Virus record (IMG/VR): IMGVR_UViG_3300046804_002503
Coordinates: 1-64,000 of that record
Strand: one strand, 5' to 3'
Length of the DNA stretch: 64,000 bases
From: a virus
In this document: positions 27,686 through 37,600 of the stretch, piece by piece
Layout: each line of letters opens with the position of its first letter
How positions within the stretch are numbered: position 1 is the first letter of the stretch
The notes under the pieces: generated by a model
Told to the model about the DNA's origin: nothing
What the model saw: the letters and a program-made list of their open reading frames with translations, nothing else
Database searches by the model: none
Made by a program: the position numbers and the translations under genes

Positions 27686-30226
27686 TTAAGCCCCGTTCCA
27701 AAGTCGGATTAAACGATCTGTGCCATTAACTTTGACTCTGATAAACTCACCACTCGCGGTGACTGGAACTGTAACTGTAACAAAATTAGTGGCATCTACA
27801 CATTTTGCCAATGAACATATAGTTCCAAGGCATGAAGAGAGATTACAAGTGTCGTCTATAGCTAGTTTAGATATAACTCCAATTTTTCCATTAATAGAAG
27901 CTACCCCTGTACTTTGTACTCCTTGCAAACCCGCACTTAAAGCATTTAAACAACTTGAAAGGTTGCAAGTGTCGTCTATAGCTAGTTTGGATATAACTCC
28001 TTGTTTACTATTAATAGAAATAACTGCCGGATTAGACCCACCACCGAAAAAACGATCTGCAATATCTATCCCACCACTCAATATACGACCCGTTGTACCA
28101 AAGGGAATGATAATGTCTTTATTACACATTAAGATAGTTCCGCTGGAACATACACATTTATTGATGTAAAGAGTGTCTAAGGTTACATTAGTTACTATTG
28201 TGCAGACACTGCTGGCTAACGGTGTTATAGAACATGCTGTAGCATTTATTATAGGAGAAGTAATGCTAGAGGTTGCTACAAGATTTAATGCTCCTATGCT
28301 AGATGTGGCACTTATTACTGGTGTAATTACACAAGTTCTGCCCTCTATTACGTTGCCACTAGATGTATTAGTAGCACAAATACCATCTGAGGATTTTATA
28401 CATACAGTTTGAACACAACTAGAAGCACATACTATCGGTGCGGTTGAGCAGGTTCTACCTTCAGTAATATTGCCACTGATTAAACTTGTAGCACATATAT
28501 TGCCGGAAGAATTAAGGTATCCAGTTTGTACACAAGAAGTGCCACAGATTATCGGTGAGCTAGTACAAATAGTGCCAACTGCTATTTGATATTTAGAACA
28601 TGGTGTATCTGTACAAGTCGTACCACATATTGTCGGGGCAAATACATTTAAAGTTCCACAAATTAAAGGTGATCTTACTATTGTAGTAGCACATACTGTT
28701 GGTGTATTAACTATATTAGCGGCATTGACAGAATCTGTTGCACATACTATTCTACCACAAAGAAAATCTGTTTGTAAATTGCATCTAGAACTTAAATTAT
28801 TAACATAGGTGTAATTAGAAGCTGTAGCATTTATGTTGCAACCTAAAACAAATGTATTGTCTCCAGAGACAGTGTTGCTACTGCCACCTAAAACAGAAGA
28901 ACGGTTACCAGAAACATTATTACAGCAACCTCCGACTATAGATGAATTAGAGCCAGTTGCTACGTTTAAGGTGCCGGATCCGATAAAAGAACCAACATCT
29001 GCACAGTTTTGAACTCCAGACCCCACAACAGCACATGCCCCGGCTACATTACCAGATCCACTGCCCACTAATCCAAAAGACCCGGCAACACAGTTTGAAG
29101 AACCATTTAAAATGGTTCCGTTGATCCCAGAAGAGGTGATGATGTTTTGATTTCCGCCTAAAATAGCAGAATAATCAGCATTAGTTTTATTACTGTTGCC
29201 CGCTCCTATAATAGATCTAAATCCATTTACTACACAGTTGTTTGCACCCCCGGCTATAACAGAAGAGTTGCTGTCTACACAGTTTCCAGAACCAGAAACA
29301 ATGGCACTGTAATCTTTCAAAGCCTGATTAGCTAAACCAGTTACTACAGCACTGTATTGAGCACATGTTATGTTTCCAAATCCTCCACCAATAACAGAAG
29401 CAGTGCCCCAATTGGTATTAGATTGGCCGGCCACAATTCCACTACATTCTCCGTTTACTACATTTTGTTTACCCGCTAATACACCAGAATAAGAAGAAGC
29501 AACTACTCCACTGCACCCAGCTACTATGGTGGAATAGGCTGCACTGTCACAAAGTTTATTATAAGCGCCTCCGGCTATGATATTATAACAACCACTAGCT
29601 GTGTTGTTTCGACCAGCTGCTATGCTGGTGTATTTTGTACTGCTTGAAGAAGTTTGATTGTTTAATCCACCTAAGATGGATGAATAGCAACCTCTAGTGT
29701 AGTTACAAACTCCGCCCACCACGACAGACCCACCGCCGTTTACACAGTTATAAGCTCCACCACCAATGAATGATAAATTAGAAATGGCAACACCACCAGC
29801 TACTCCAATTTGGTTACATTTACCCCCAACAACTACACTATTATCGTTGCCTACAACGTTACACAACCCACCCAATACGCTGGATTGACTTCCCCACACT
29901 ATATTACCAATACCGCCGTTGATGTTAGAATAATAAGCACTTTGAGTGGTGTTATCATCATCAAACGGAGTGTTGGGTGGAATAATGTTGTAGTGGGGTT
30001 TAGTTGTAGCTACAAAACAAGGTTGAAGCAAGAGGTCATCCCAACCCACACAAGACAAATTAGTTCCAAAAGTATATGGACTATTAGCTAATACGTAATT
30101 TAAAATTACGCAAGCAGATACACCTTGAGTAGTAGGAGAAGAAGCTAAACAGGAAGCTGCTACAAATAACTCATTTCCTGATAGGGCGCGTGACCTGGTT
30201 AAATCTGTAATTCTTACGTCTGCCAT
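27686..30226 (-). CDS. Cys-rich tail fibre protein with beta-roll repeats
   Basis: N-terminal MADVRITDL fibre-anchor-like motif; S.[IV].GG..N repeats; PIICGTSCVQT-type repeats; C-terminal FIRVKVNGTDRLIRLW. Confidence 0.75.
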   Translation of the reverse strand: MADVRITDLTRSRALSGNELFVAASCLASSPTTQGVSACVILNYVLANSPYTFGTNLSCVGWDDLLLQPCFVATTKPHYNIIPPNTPFDDDNTTQSAYYSNINGGIGNIVWGSQSSVLGGLCNVVGNDNSVVVGGKCNQIGVAGGVAISNLSFIGGGAYNCVNGGGSVVVGGVCNYTRGCYSSILGGLNNQTSSSSTKYTSIAAGRNNTASGCYNIIAGGAYNKLCDSAAYSTIVAGCSGVVASSYSGVLAGKQNVVNGECSGIVAGQSNTNWGTASVIGGGFGNITCAQYSAVVTGLANQALKDYSAIVSGSGNCVDSNSSVIAGGANNCVVNGFRSIIGAGNSNKTNADYSAILGGNQNIITSSGINGTILNGSSNCVAGSFGLVGSGSGNVAGACAVVGSGVQNCADVGSFIGSGTLNVATGSNSSIVGGCCNNVSGNRSSVLGGSSNTVSGDNTFVLGCNINATASNYTYVNNLSSRCNLQTDFLCGRIVCATDSVNAANIVNTPTVCATTIVRSPLICGTLNVFAPTICGTTCTDTPCSKYQIAVGTICTSSPIICGTSCVQTGYLNSSGNICATSLISGNITEGRTCSTAPIVCASSCVQTVCIKSSDGICATNTSSGNVIEGRTCVITPVISATSSIGALNLVATSSITSPIINATACSITPLASSVCTIVTNVTLDTLYINKCVCSSGTILMCNKDIIIPFGTTGRILSGGIDIADRFFGGGSNPAVISINSKQGVISKLAIDDTCNLSSCLNALSAGLQGVQSTGVASINGKIGVISKLAIDDTCNLSSCLGTICSLAKCVDATNFVTVTVPVTASGEFIRVKVNGTDRLIRLWNGA
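27846..28000 (-). repeat. Direct repeat with 120-bp period (GVISKLAIDDTCNLSSCL x2)
   Basis: 35-bp copies at 27846-27880 and 27966-28000 differing at one base. Confidence 0.9.
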
Positions 30227-30233
30227 TTGGTAA

Positions 30234-30239
30234 TATTTA
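30234..30239 (-). promoter_or_regulatory. Late-promoter-like GATAAATA core
   Basis: TAAATA 7 nt upstream of the ATG at 30226. Confidence 0.4.
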
Positions 30240-30251
30240 TCCTAAAAACAA

Positions 30252-31160
30252 TTACTCTATAGCCAAATACGTAATTTCTTCGTAGTTTTCTAGGTTGAGA
30301 GAATCGTATACAGAAATTTCTGGAAAAACTCGTATAAACCTTAAACGATATGCCGGATCTTGTTTGTTGAGAAAAGAAGATACAGTTAACACTCTATAAG
30401 GCTGAACTATATTTGGATCATAAGCCCCTTCTTCTAATCGATTTTCGTCTATAGCTAAATAAGGAAGATAAGAATTAATTTCTTCTACTTTATATTTATC
30501 ATAATACACAGAATGACTTTCTGCCAAATTAATGCTTATTAAACCAAATTCTTTTGTTTCATTTTTAAGTAAAAAGGAAATATTATATCTTCCAGTGTCT
30601 GAGTTGCGAGTAATTTTGGGTGATTCTATGTAAGCATTAAACGGAGACCAATTGCGAGCAGAGCTAAAAGCTAAAGAAATACGGTGAAATAAAACTGTTT
30701 GCAAAGAACCAGTTTTGCAATCAAAGAGATTAACTATTAATACAAAACTAAATCTATCTGAAAAGTTTTTATTTTCATCTAAGGATAAAATATAAGCATA
30801 ATATACCTTTTTAGAATTTGCATCATACCAATAATCGGTAGATGTCCCGTAAACCAAAGATCCAGTTTGTTTATAATAAATGGGTGTATATAAATTAGTA
30901 GTATTAAATGGTTTATAAGAATTATCTTCTAAAGATACCTTTTCAAAAATATAACCAGACTGGGTTTCTATAAAAATACAATCCTCAAACGTATCAAATC
31001 TTCGAATTTGATTAGAAGTTAGTTCATTATAAAAGGTAGGATAAACAGACGCATATTTTAAGTAAATTCCAGATAAACTAACACTGGCTGGTTGTTTAGT
31101 ACCATCTAAAGTTCTTAACCACAGCTCTCCAGTTGTTAAATTTTGATTATAAGTGTTCAT
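30252..31160 (-). CDS. Hypothetical structural protein
   Basis: 302-aa ORF, translationally coupled (TAATG overlap) within the tail/baseplate operon. Confidence 0.5.
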   Translation of the reverse strand: MNTYNQNLTTGELWLRTLDGTKQPASVSLSGIYLKYASVYPTFYNELTSNQIRRFDTFEDCIFIETQSGYIFEKVSLEDNSYKPFNTTNLYTPIYYKQTGSLVYGTSTDYWYDANSKKVYYAYILSLDENKNFSDRFSFVLIVNLFDCKTGSLQTVLFHRISLAFSSARNWSPFNAYIESPKITRNSDTGRYNISFLLKNETKEFGLISINLAESHSVYYDKYKVEEINSYLPYLAIDENRLEEGAYDPNIVQPYRVLTVSSFLNKQDPAYRLRFIRVFPEISVYDSLNLENYEEITYLAIE

Positions 31161-31804
31161 TATTCTGGGTTAATATTTAAAAACGGTGGTAATATTTTAT
31201 AGGGTCTAAATGTTGGTACGTTTTGAGTAAAAACACTCGGAATTGTTGGTTTAGTTTTTTTCCATTTTACCAAAACTGGCAATAAGCAATCTGGATCAGA
31301 GCTTTCAAAATTGTATAAAATAGAATTATCTAAACCAAACATTCGAGTAGATGCTAGCTGTAAATCTGAAAAATAATTATTAACAGTTTCAGAATCTAAA
31401 GAAGGAGCAGAAAGGTTTAAATTAATTTTATAAGTTATATAATTTAAATTTTGTAAATTTTTAGACTGAACCCAAAATACTTTGACAGTAATGTTGAAAG
31501 TTTTTGATAATTCTTCTTGTAGGTAAAATTTTTTAGTTACTGGATAATTTCTAGGATCACCTATTTGTTGAGAAATGGCTAGGTTTCTGTCTGTTTGGGC
31601 AAATACTGGTCTTAATTTTTGAATTAAAGGTTCAGAACCGTCATCGAAATTATATTCTATGCGATATACCCGTGAATTAACTGGTATAGAGTATCGTGTA
31701 TTGATAGTTAATTCATAAGGAGCTAATTTATTAGATATATTAACATCATAAGCACTTTGACTGGGATTAAGAGTCAAGGTGCCGGAGAATCGTGAAGAAT
31801 TCAT
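31160..31804 (-). CDS. Hypothetical structural protein (Ig/PKD-like)
   Basis: IEYNFDDGS...YPVTKKFY...FNITVKVF resembles a PKD-type beta-sandwich. Confidence 0.45.
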   Translation of the reverse strand: MNSSRFSGTLTLNPSQSAYDVNISNKLAPYELTINTRYSIPVNSRVYRIEYNFDDGSEPLIQKLRPVFAQTDRNLAISQQIGDPRNYPVTKKFYLQEELSKTFNITVKVFWVQSKNLQNLNYITYKINLNLSAPSLDSETVNNYFSDLQLASTRMFGLDNSILYNFESSDPDCLLPVLVKWKKTKPTIPSVFTQNVPTFRPYKILPPFLNINPE

Positions 31805-31811
31805 AAAAAAA

Positions 31812-34613
31812 TTAAGCTAAATAAGTAGAAAAGTCTGTGGGTGGGTATACAAAATCTGTAGAACCTCCTGAAAATGCACTATTGGTTTCTAAGCAATATA
31901 AAAATACTCGAGAATAAATGTCTTGTATTAAAATACCATTAATAATTGAACCAGTTGCATCTGCACAAAATTCTGCTCTAACTACATTTGCTATAGGAAC
32001 TGTTCTAAAAGAGCTTGGTCTTATAAAGTTTACAAAATCAGAATATTGAACTGGGTTTTTATATCCTGCTAAATGTAAATATCCATTAGAAGTTATAACT
32101 CCCAATAAATGTAAACCAGTACTATTATTAACAACCCGCGAAGGAACAATTTTAGTGGGTACTCCTAATTGATCTGCACCAGATCCAAAAGAAGTAATTT
32201 TAGTAGGTACCTTAATTACATTGTTAGGTGCTCCTAAAACTCCAGCTACTGCATAGTCACCGGTAAGTTGTCCTGCATTGTTACTTCCCCAGCCGTAAAA
32301 CCCGTCTGTTGTTATAGCTGCAAATGTAGCACATGATATGGTATTATTCACTTCTCCACCACCACCACTTACTTTAAATTCTAAAACATTATTTAAATTT
32401 GGGATGGTTACAAAAGAATTATATACAGAATCTTTGTCTAAAGCTGGTTGATTAACTGAGACGTTTTGAGCAGAAAGACTTCCCAAAGCCCAATGTGGCC
32501 CGTTGAGGCCTGCAACTCTTATTTGTTTAGCAGATGTTAAAAGGAAGGTAGATTGCCAGTGATAATGATTACCGTTTACTATGTCTATAATATCTGTTAA
32601 GGGAGCGTTACCACTATTTGGGTCTCCGTTTAAACATTGAACAAATCCTCTAATTTCTTTTCTCCAATCTGTGTCTTGAGCATTTACCCCTACTCCTAAT
32701 TGATAATATCTATTAAGCCCAGAAGCATAAACTGTTCCATTATCTTTTAAAATATGACAACTGCCTTTCCAAAATGGTAAAGTATTAGAAGAAGCATTAT
32801 AAGATGTGTATATAGTTCTGGTTGGATCTGCTTCAAATGAAAAATATATTTTCTTTACCCCAGACATGAATGGTCCAGACACTCCTTGGGGTGTTACTGG
32901 AGTAGTGACTACTTGACCGTAAAGTGCACCGGAATAATCCGGTGCTCCAAACATATTGCGATAATTAAATCCCCACACAAACGCTCGGCCATTATTGGTT
33001 ATAGCTCCAAAGGCCGCTTCTACTCTTTTTAAATTTTCATTATAAGAACTTGCCACTACAATTTTTTCTATAAAAAGATTGTCGGGTATAGGTACTTTAT
33101 AAAATTGAAATAATCGACTATAATGAACCGGAAGCCCGGTTTTAGGGTCTGGGTAAGTTTGGTTTACCCCTAACATACCAGCTGTATTATAACCCATCGC
33201 CCACAGGGTTCCATCCGTTAATAATGCCACTGTAACATGAGCGGTGTGAACAATTTCTTTAATCTTAATATTGTTTTGTAAATTTTTTAATAAATAATTT
33301 CCATTAAAGGGCAGACTGATGGGTGGCCATACCCGAGTTCTATTAGTTCCAGGGGCAAGGTGAGAATTAGCTCCCCAAGCCAATACCCTGTTATCTGATG
33401 TAGTTACTACACCAGTTTGAAGATTGCCTAAGTGAGTAGCTAAATTTGTAATTGTGGGTCTAGAATTAAAGGAGGTTTCTAGAATTGTCCCGTCTTTAAA
33501 GGTAATATTTTGAGCCGAAACCACCCCTGTAAAAGAAACATTTCCTCCTACTAATTGAGTCTGAGAAGACGGTAAATTTGTTTTTAATAAACCAAATGTT
33601 TCTAATTGACCAGTTGATTCATTGATCCGAACTGTGGAATTATCTACTTTAACAGCCAGGTTGGGTAAGGAAGATGTGGTGCCAGCAGAACATATTAAAC
33701 CACTATTGCTTGCTATAGTGTAACCAGAGACAATTTTGCCGTCTTTTATTAAAACTGAAGAACCGTCTACATTAGCACTGACTGAATTGGTGGTAGAGCC
33801 TAGTGTTAATCCACTATTTAAGCCGTTAAAACAATAATTTCCAGCTATTTGACCAGAATTGTTTAGTTTTATCGTACAATTGTCTACATAAGCGTTAACT
33901 GTATTGTTGAATGTATTAGAAGAGAGTCCTGCTCCAAAAGCATATGTTGAAGCCAAAGATAAAGCTCCTTGTTCATTATACACAATAGTAGAATTGTCTA
34001 CTTTAGCAGATACTGTGTATGTGGAAGTACTTCCGACGGAACATTTTAAAACTGCCTGTAAACCACGATCAAATTCATAGTAATTAACATTGCCGTATAC
34101 ACTAACTTGTATGCCACTAGTATTGCTCAGAGCTGCTAAAGAGCATAAAGAATCATAAAAAGTCTTATAAGCCACAGATATACGTTGGCTGTTGTCTAAA
34201 ACTAATGTATTATTGTCTATATTTAAGTTTACTGTATTAAATTGTGATCCTACTGATTCTGTTAAGCCTGTTCCAAAACAATATGTAGGGGGCAATACTA
34301 AAGCTCCTGCTGAAGTTTGAACAAAATTACTATTAATAGATCCAGTTACTAATAAATCTCCTACAATACAAGCATTTCCGTATCCTTTGAGGGAGTGTTC
34401 TCCGCGGGTAACCAATCCGGTATCACTTCCATAAAAACAAGCTCCGTATGTATTTGCATTATTATGAGCACTAAGGGCTCCCTTCAAAATAAAATCACCC
34501 AAAAACGGAGACTCTGGGCTGGCTATTGGATCATGTCCAGCATCTGGATTAATACCACTTGTGTTGGTGTGGTGGTTATGACGGTGATATTTAGAATGAA
34601 AGCGATTGCTCAT
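31812..34613 (-). CDS. Tail fibre-like protein with VDNSTI repeats and RCC1-like C-terminal propeller
   Basis: His-rich N-terminus MSNRFHSKYHRHNHH; IDNNTL/VDNSTI/VDNCTI/VDGSSV/VDNSTV repeats; LWAMGYN..GMLG, YASGLN..YQLG, YGWGSN..GQL. Confidence 0.7.
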   Translation of the reverse strand: MSNRFHSKYHRHNHHTNTSGINPDAGHDPIASPESPFLGDFILKGALSAHNNANTYGACFYGSDTGLVTRGEHSLKGYGNACIVGDLLVTGSINSNFVQTSAGALVLPPTYCFGTGLTESVGSQFNTVNLNIDNNTLVLDNSQRISVAYKTFYDSLCSLAALSNTSGIQVSVYGNVNYYEFDRGLQAVLKCSVGSTSTYTVSAKVDNSTIVYNEQGALSLASTYAFGAGLSSNTFNNTVNAYVDNCTIKLNNSGQIAGNYCFNGLNSGLTLGSTTNSVSANVDGSSVLIKDGKIVSGYTIASNSGLICSAGTTSSLPNLAVKVDNSTVRINESTGQLETFGLLKTNLPSSQTQLVGGNVSFTGVVSAQNITFKDGTILETSFNSRPTITNLATHLGNLQTGVVTTSDNRVLAWGANSHLAPGTNRTRVWPPISLPFNGNYLLKNLQNNIKIKEIVHTAHVTVALLTDGTLWAMGYNTAGMLGVNQTYPDPKTGLPVHYSRLFQFYKVPIPDNLFIEKIVVASSYNENLKRVEAAFGAITNNGRAFVWGFNYRNMFGAPDYSGALYGQVVTTPVTPQGVSGPFMSGVKKIYFSFEADPTRTIYTSYNASSNTLPFWKGSCHILKDNGTVYASGLNRYYQLGVGVNAQDTDWRKEIRGFVQCLNGDPNSGNAPLTDIIDIVNGNHYHWQSTFLLTSAKQIRVAGLNGPHWALGSLSAQNVSVNQPALDKDSVYNSFVTIPNLNNVLEFKVSGGGGEVNNTISCATFAAITTDGFYGWGSNNAGQLTGDYAVAGVLGAPNNVIKVPTKITSFGSGADQLGVPTKIVPSRVVNNSTGLHLLGVITSNGYLHLAGYKNPVQYSDFVNFIRPSSFRTVPIANVVRAEFCADATGSIINGILIQDIYSRVFLYCLETNSAFSGGSTDFVYPPTDFSTYLA

Positions 34614-34626
34614 ATTTTTTTAATAT

Positions 34627-37600
34627 TTATTCCAGTTTATTTACTTTAATTCCGTTGCAGCATGGAGACACTGCTTCAGACCATTTTTTACCCGGGGCAT
34701 AATTCAGTGGAAAGTTTGGATCTAACTCTGTATATGTTATGGGGTTAATTCCACAAATTTTAACAGTTGGTATGTTTAAATTACCACTTGAGGTAGATTT
34801 CCAGGACCAACAAAACGGCTCCGGACATTCTACATAAGCACCAGAACCCTCAGTGCGTGTGTTGGCTGCTTCTTTAATAGTTAAAAAATCTGCTATTTTA
34901 GCTAAAGATTTATACATTTTAGAAAATTCACGATTTAAAACTTGGGGTATATGTAATTCGTTGACTGCTATTTTAATGTTGTCATTTTCTACATCTGGAT
35001 GCAAAGTAGGTTGGTCTAATTTAGATATAGGCACTAAACCAAAATATATAGTTTTGCTGTATGGATCTATAAATTTTTGAAATTGAGAATTTAAAATGTT
35101 TCTAAACATTTTAATGTTTTGATTCATTTTTAATAAACTAAGATTGTAACTCTTGTCATCTGCAAAATCGTCTCTTTTTAATAAAATTTGATCTAAAGAC
35201 CAATAATTTGTTGGCAACCCCTCGCCTATTTTAAATAAGCTTGTAACATCTTGCATTTTAACTATAGATTTATTGGTAATTGCTAGAATATTTTTATTAA
35301 AATAGGATTTGATAGATTTAATAGTATAGTCTAATTTTAAGCTACCAATATAAAATCCAGTTAAAGTATATTTAAATATATAATCTTTAGTTTTTATATA
35401 GATAAAATTACCCCCTTCTTCAAAAATTATTTGCTCGATAATTTCTTCAGAATTATATTCACCATATATTATTGATAAAAATGTTTTTAATTCTGGAAGT
35501 GGTATAACAGAAACTGGAGCTAAAGAAGCTTTGTCTAAAACATAAAAATTTAATTCAGAAGTTAAAATATAAACTAAATCCTTTAAATGATCTGCGGAGT
35601 GAACTGCAAATGTCAATGGTCTTTCCGTTTCAAAGTTAGAATTGTAATAAGTGTGTATCCAGTTTAAATCTGAAGAAAATTCTTTGACACATCGGTTATT
35701 GTAATCTAAAACATAAACACTATTATTGGCGTAACTTACTAATGTAGGAGAATTAAATTTATTTGGCTCTTTTAAAGAACCAAAAGATCCCACATTTAAT
35801 GAAAAATTAAACAACAAATTGTCATAATCTAAATCAACTCTTACAATTTTATTGCGAGGGGTGTCACATACATATAAAGTGTTTATGTTTTCGCCTGCAC
35901 AAATAGAATTGGCTGATATAAATTCATTTTTAAACTCAGCAGAATTGTCAAAAATTATTTCTCGAGGAATGTAATATTCATTGAGTAATATTTTTAAATT
36001 TCCATCATCTAATACAAACAAATATTTTTCAAAAGAAGTTAAGTCTGTTATATTTGTAAAGAAAGAAATTCCCTCACTAACGGCTAATCCTTGTCCATTT
36101 GTAGTTGCTTCATACGGGTATAGATGTTCTTGACCGGTAAAATGTTTGGTATACCAGGCTATGCCTCGGTCTTTATGATTTTTGTTTGCTCCTAACCATC
36201 CATCTACAGATGTTGGAAATTTTGTGTTAATTGATTGGCTGTTGCCTTGTAGATAAGATAAACATTCATACAATCTAGTTATACTTGTGTTAAAAATGTC
36301 CGCCTCACCCCATTCATTGGGTTGTATGTTTATTTGATCTAAAGAATATGGCAGAACCAAAACATCTTCATTAAGAGTTCTAATGTCTTCTTGATAATAT
36401 TGAGGCCACTCTTCTAAAACTGTAACTGGTTCTGGAAAAGTTCCAGTTACTACCTGGCCATTACTATAAAAAATTTCATACCTTATAAAATAAACTCCCG
36501 GTGTAGTAAAGTTATAATAAACTGCTTCATTTTTGTAAGATACTACATATTTTCCAGAATTGTCAAAATAAGTTTTGTATAAAACAATTTGATTGTCTGG
36601 AGTTTCTCCGGCAGTGTCATAAACAATATAAAAACTAGAATTTACTGTTGTAATATAATCTGATATATAAAGTTGTGGTGTTATAGCTGTTGTGTAAGCA
36701 AAGAATGTTTGTGGAGAATATCCAGTTACTGTGTTGTAAAAAGATAGACTATTCCAAAGGTTTCTTTCACCTGAATACTCAGAACTGGAATAATTTGAGA
36801 AAGTGTCTGGGGTAATGCCCATTTTGACTGACATTTCTGTGGGTGTAACATTTATTAAAGAAACTGAATTGGGGCTAACATATCCGGGTTCATAAGCGTC
36901 ACCAATAGACAAAGTAATTAGCTTACTAATTCCAGAAACTGCCGGAACTTCTATAAATGTTTGCCAGAATTTAGAAGACAATTTGTAGGTGACGGTGCCG
37001 GTGTTGTCTATAGGTACAACCGGAGAACCTGAAAGTGTCGTAGAAAATGATTGCTCAATTAAAATATCTCTATTATAATCTAAAGCTGCTGATAGAGTAC
37101 AAAGAGAAAATGTTAAAGTTGGTAATCCAGAATATGGTACAATTGTAGGATTATTTTTAAAAACATCAGAGGATATTAAAGATGAAAATGTAGCAGCAGT
37201 TGTTTGAAGGACCTTAGTTACTAAATTTCCATTTTCGGGTACTACATAATTAAGAGAATAGTTGGGATATATTATGTCGTTAAATCCTTGTAAATGAATT
37301 TGTAACCCGGAAACATTTTTAAAATCAGAATTTACTGGTATTTCTAATTCAAAAACTGAAGAACTTACAGATGATAAAAATGTTTTAGTAGAACCATAAA
37401 AAACATTATACAATGGAAATATTTTATTTGCACTAATCCAGTAAGATTGGGTGTTAGATAAACGATTGTCATATGCAGAATTACCTTGACTTAAAGAAAA
37501 ATTGTCTGCACTTAATATTTTTACTTTATTAGAATCAATATACCACGAGAACTTGGGAAATAAATTAAAATCTAGAGGATTATTAAATTCTGAAGCTGGG

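Noticed and set aside
26798-28000. Direct repeats considered as CRISPR or DGR template/variable repeats
   Set aside because: They are in-frame coding repeats without spacers; there is no cas or reverse transcriptase gene and no clear adenine-specific mismatch pattern.
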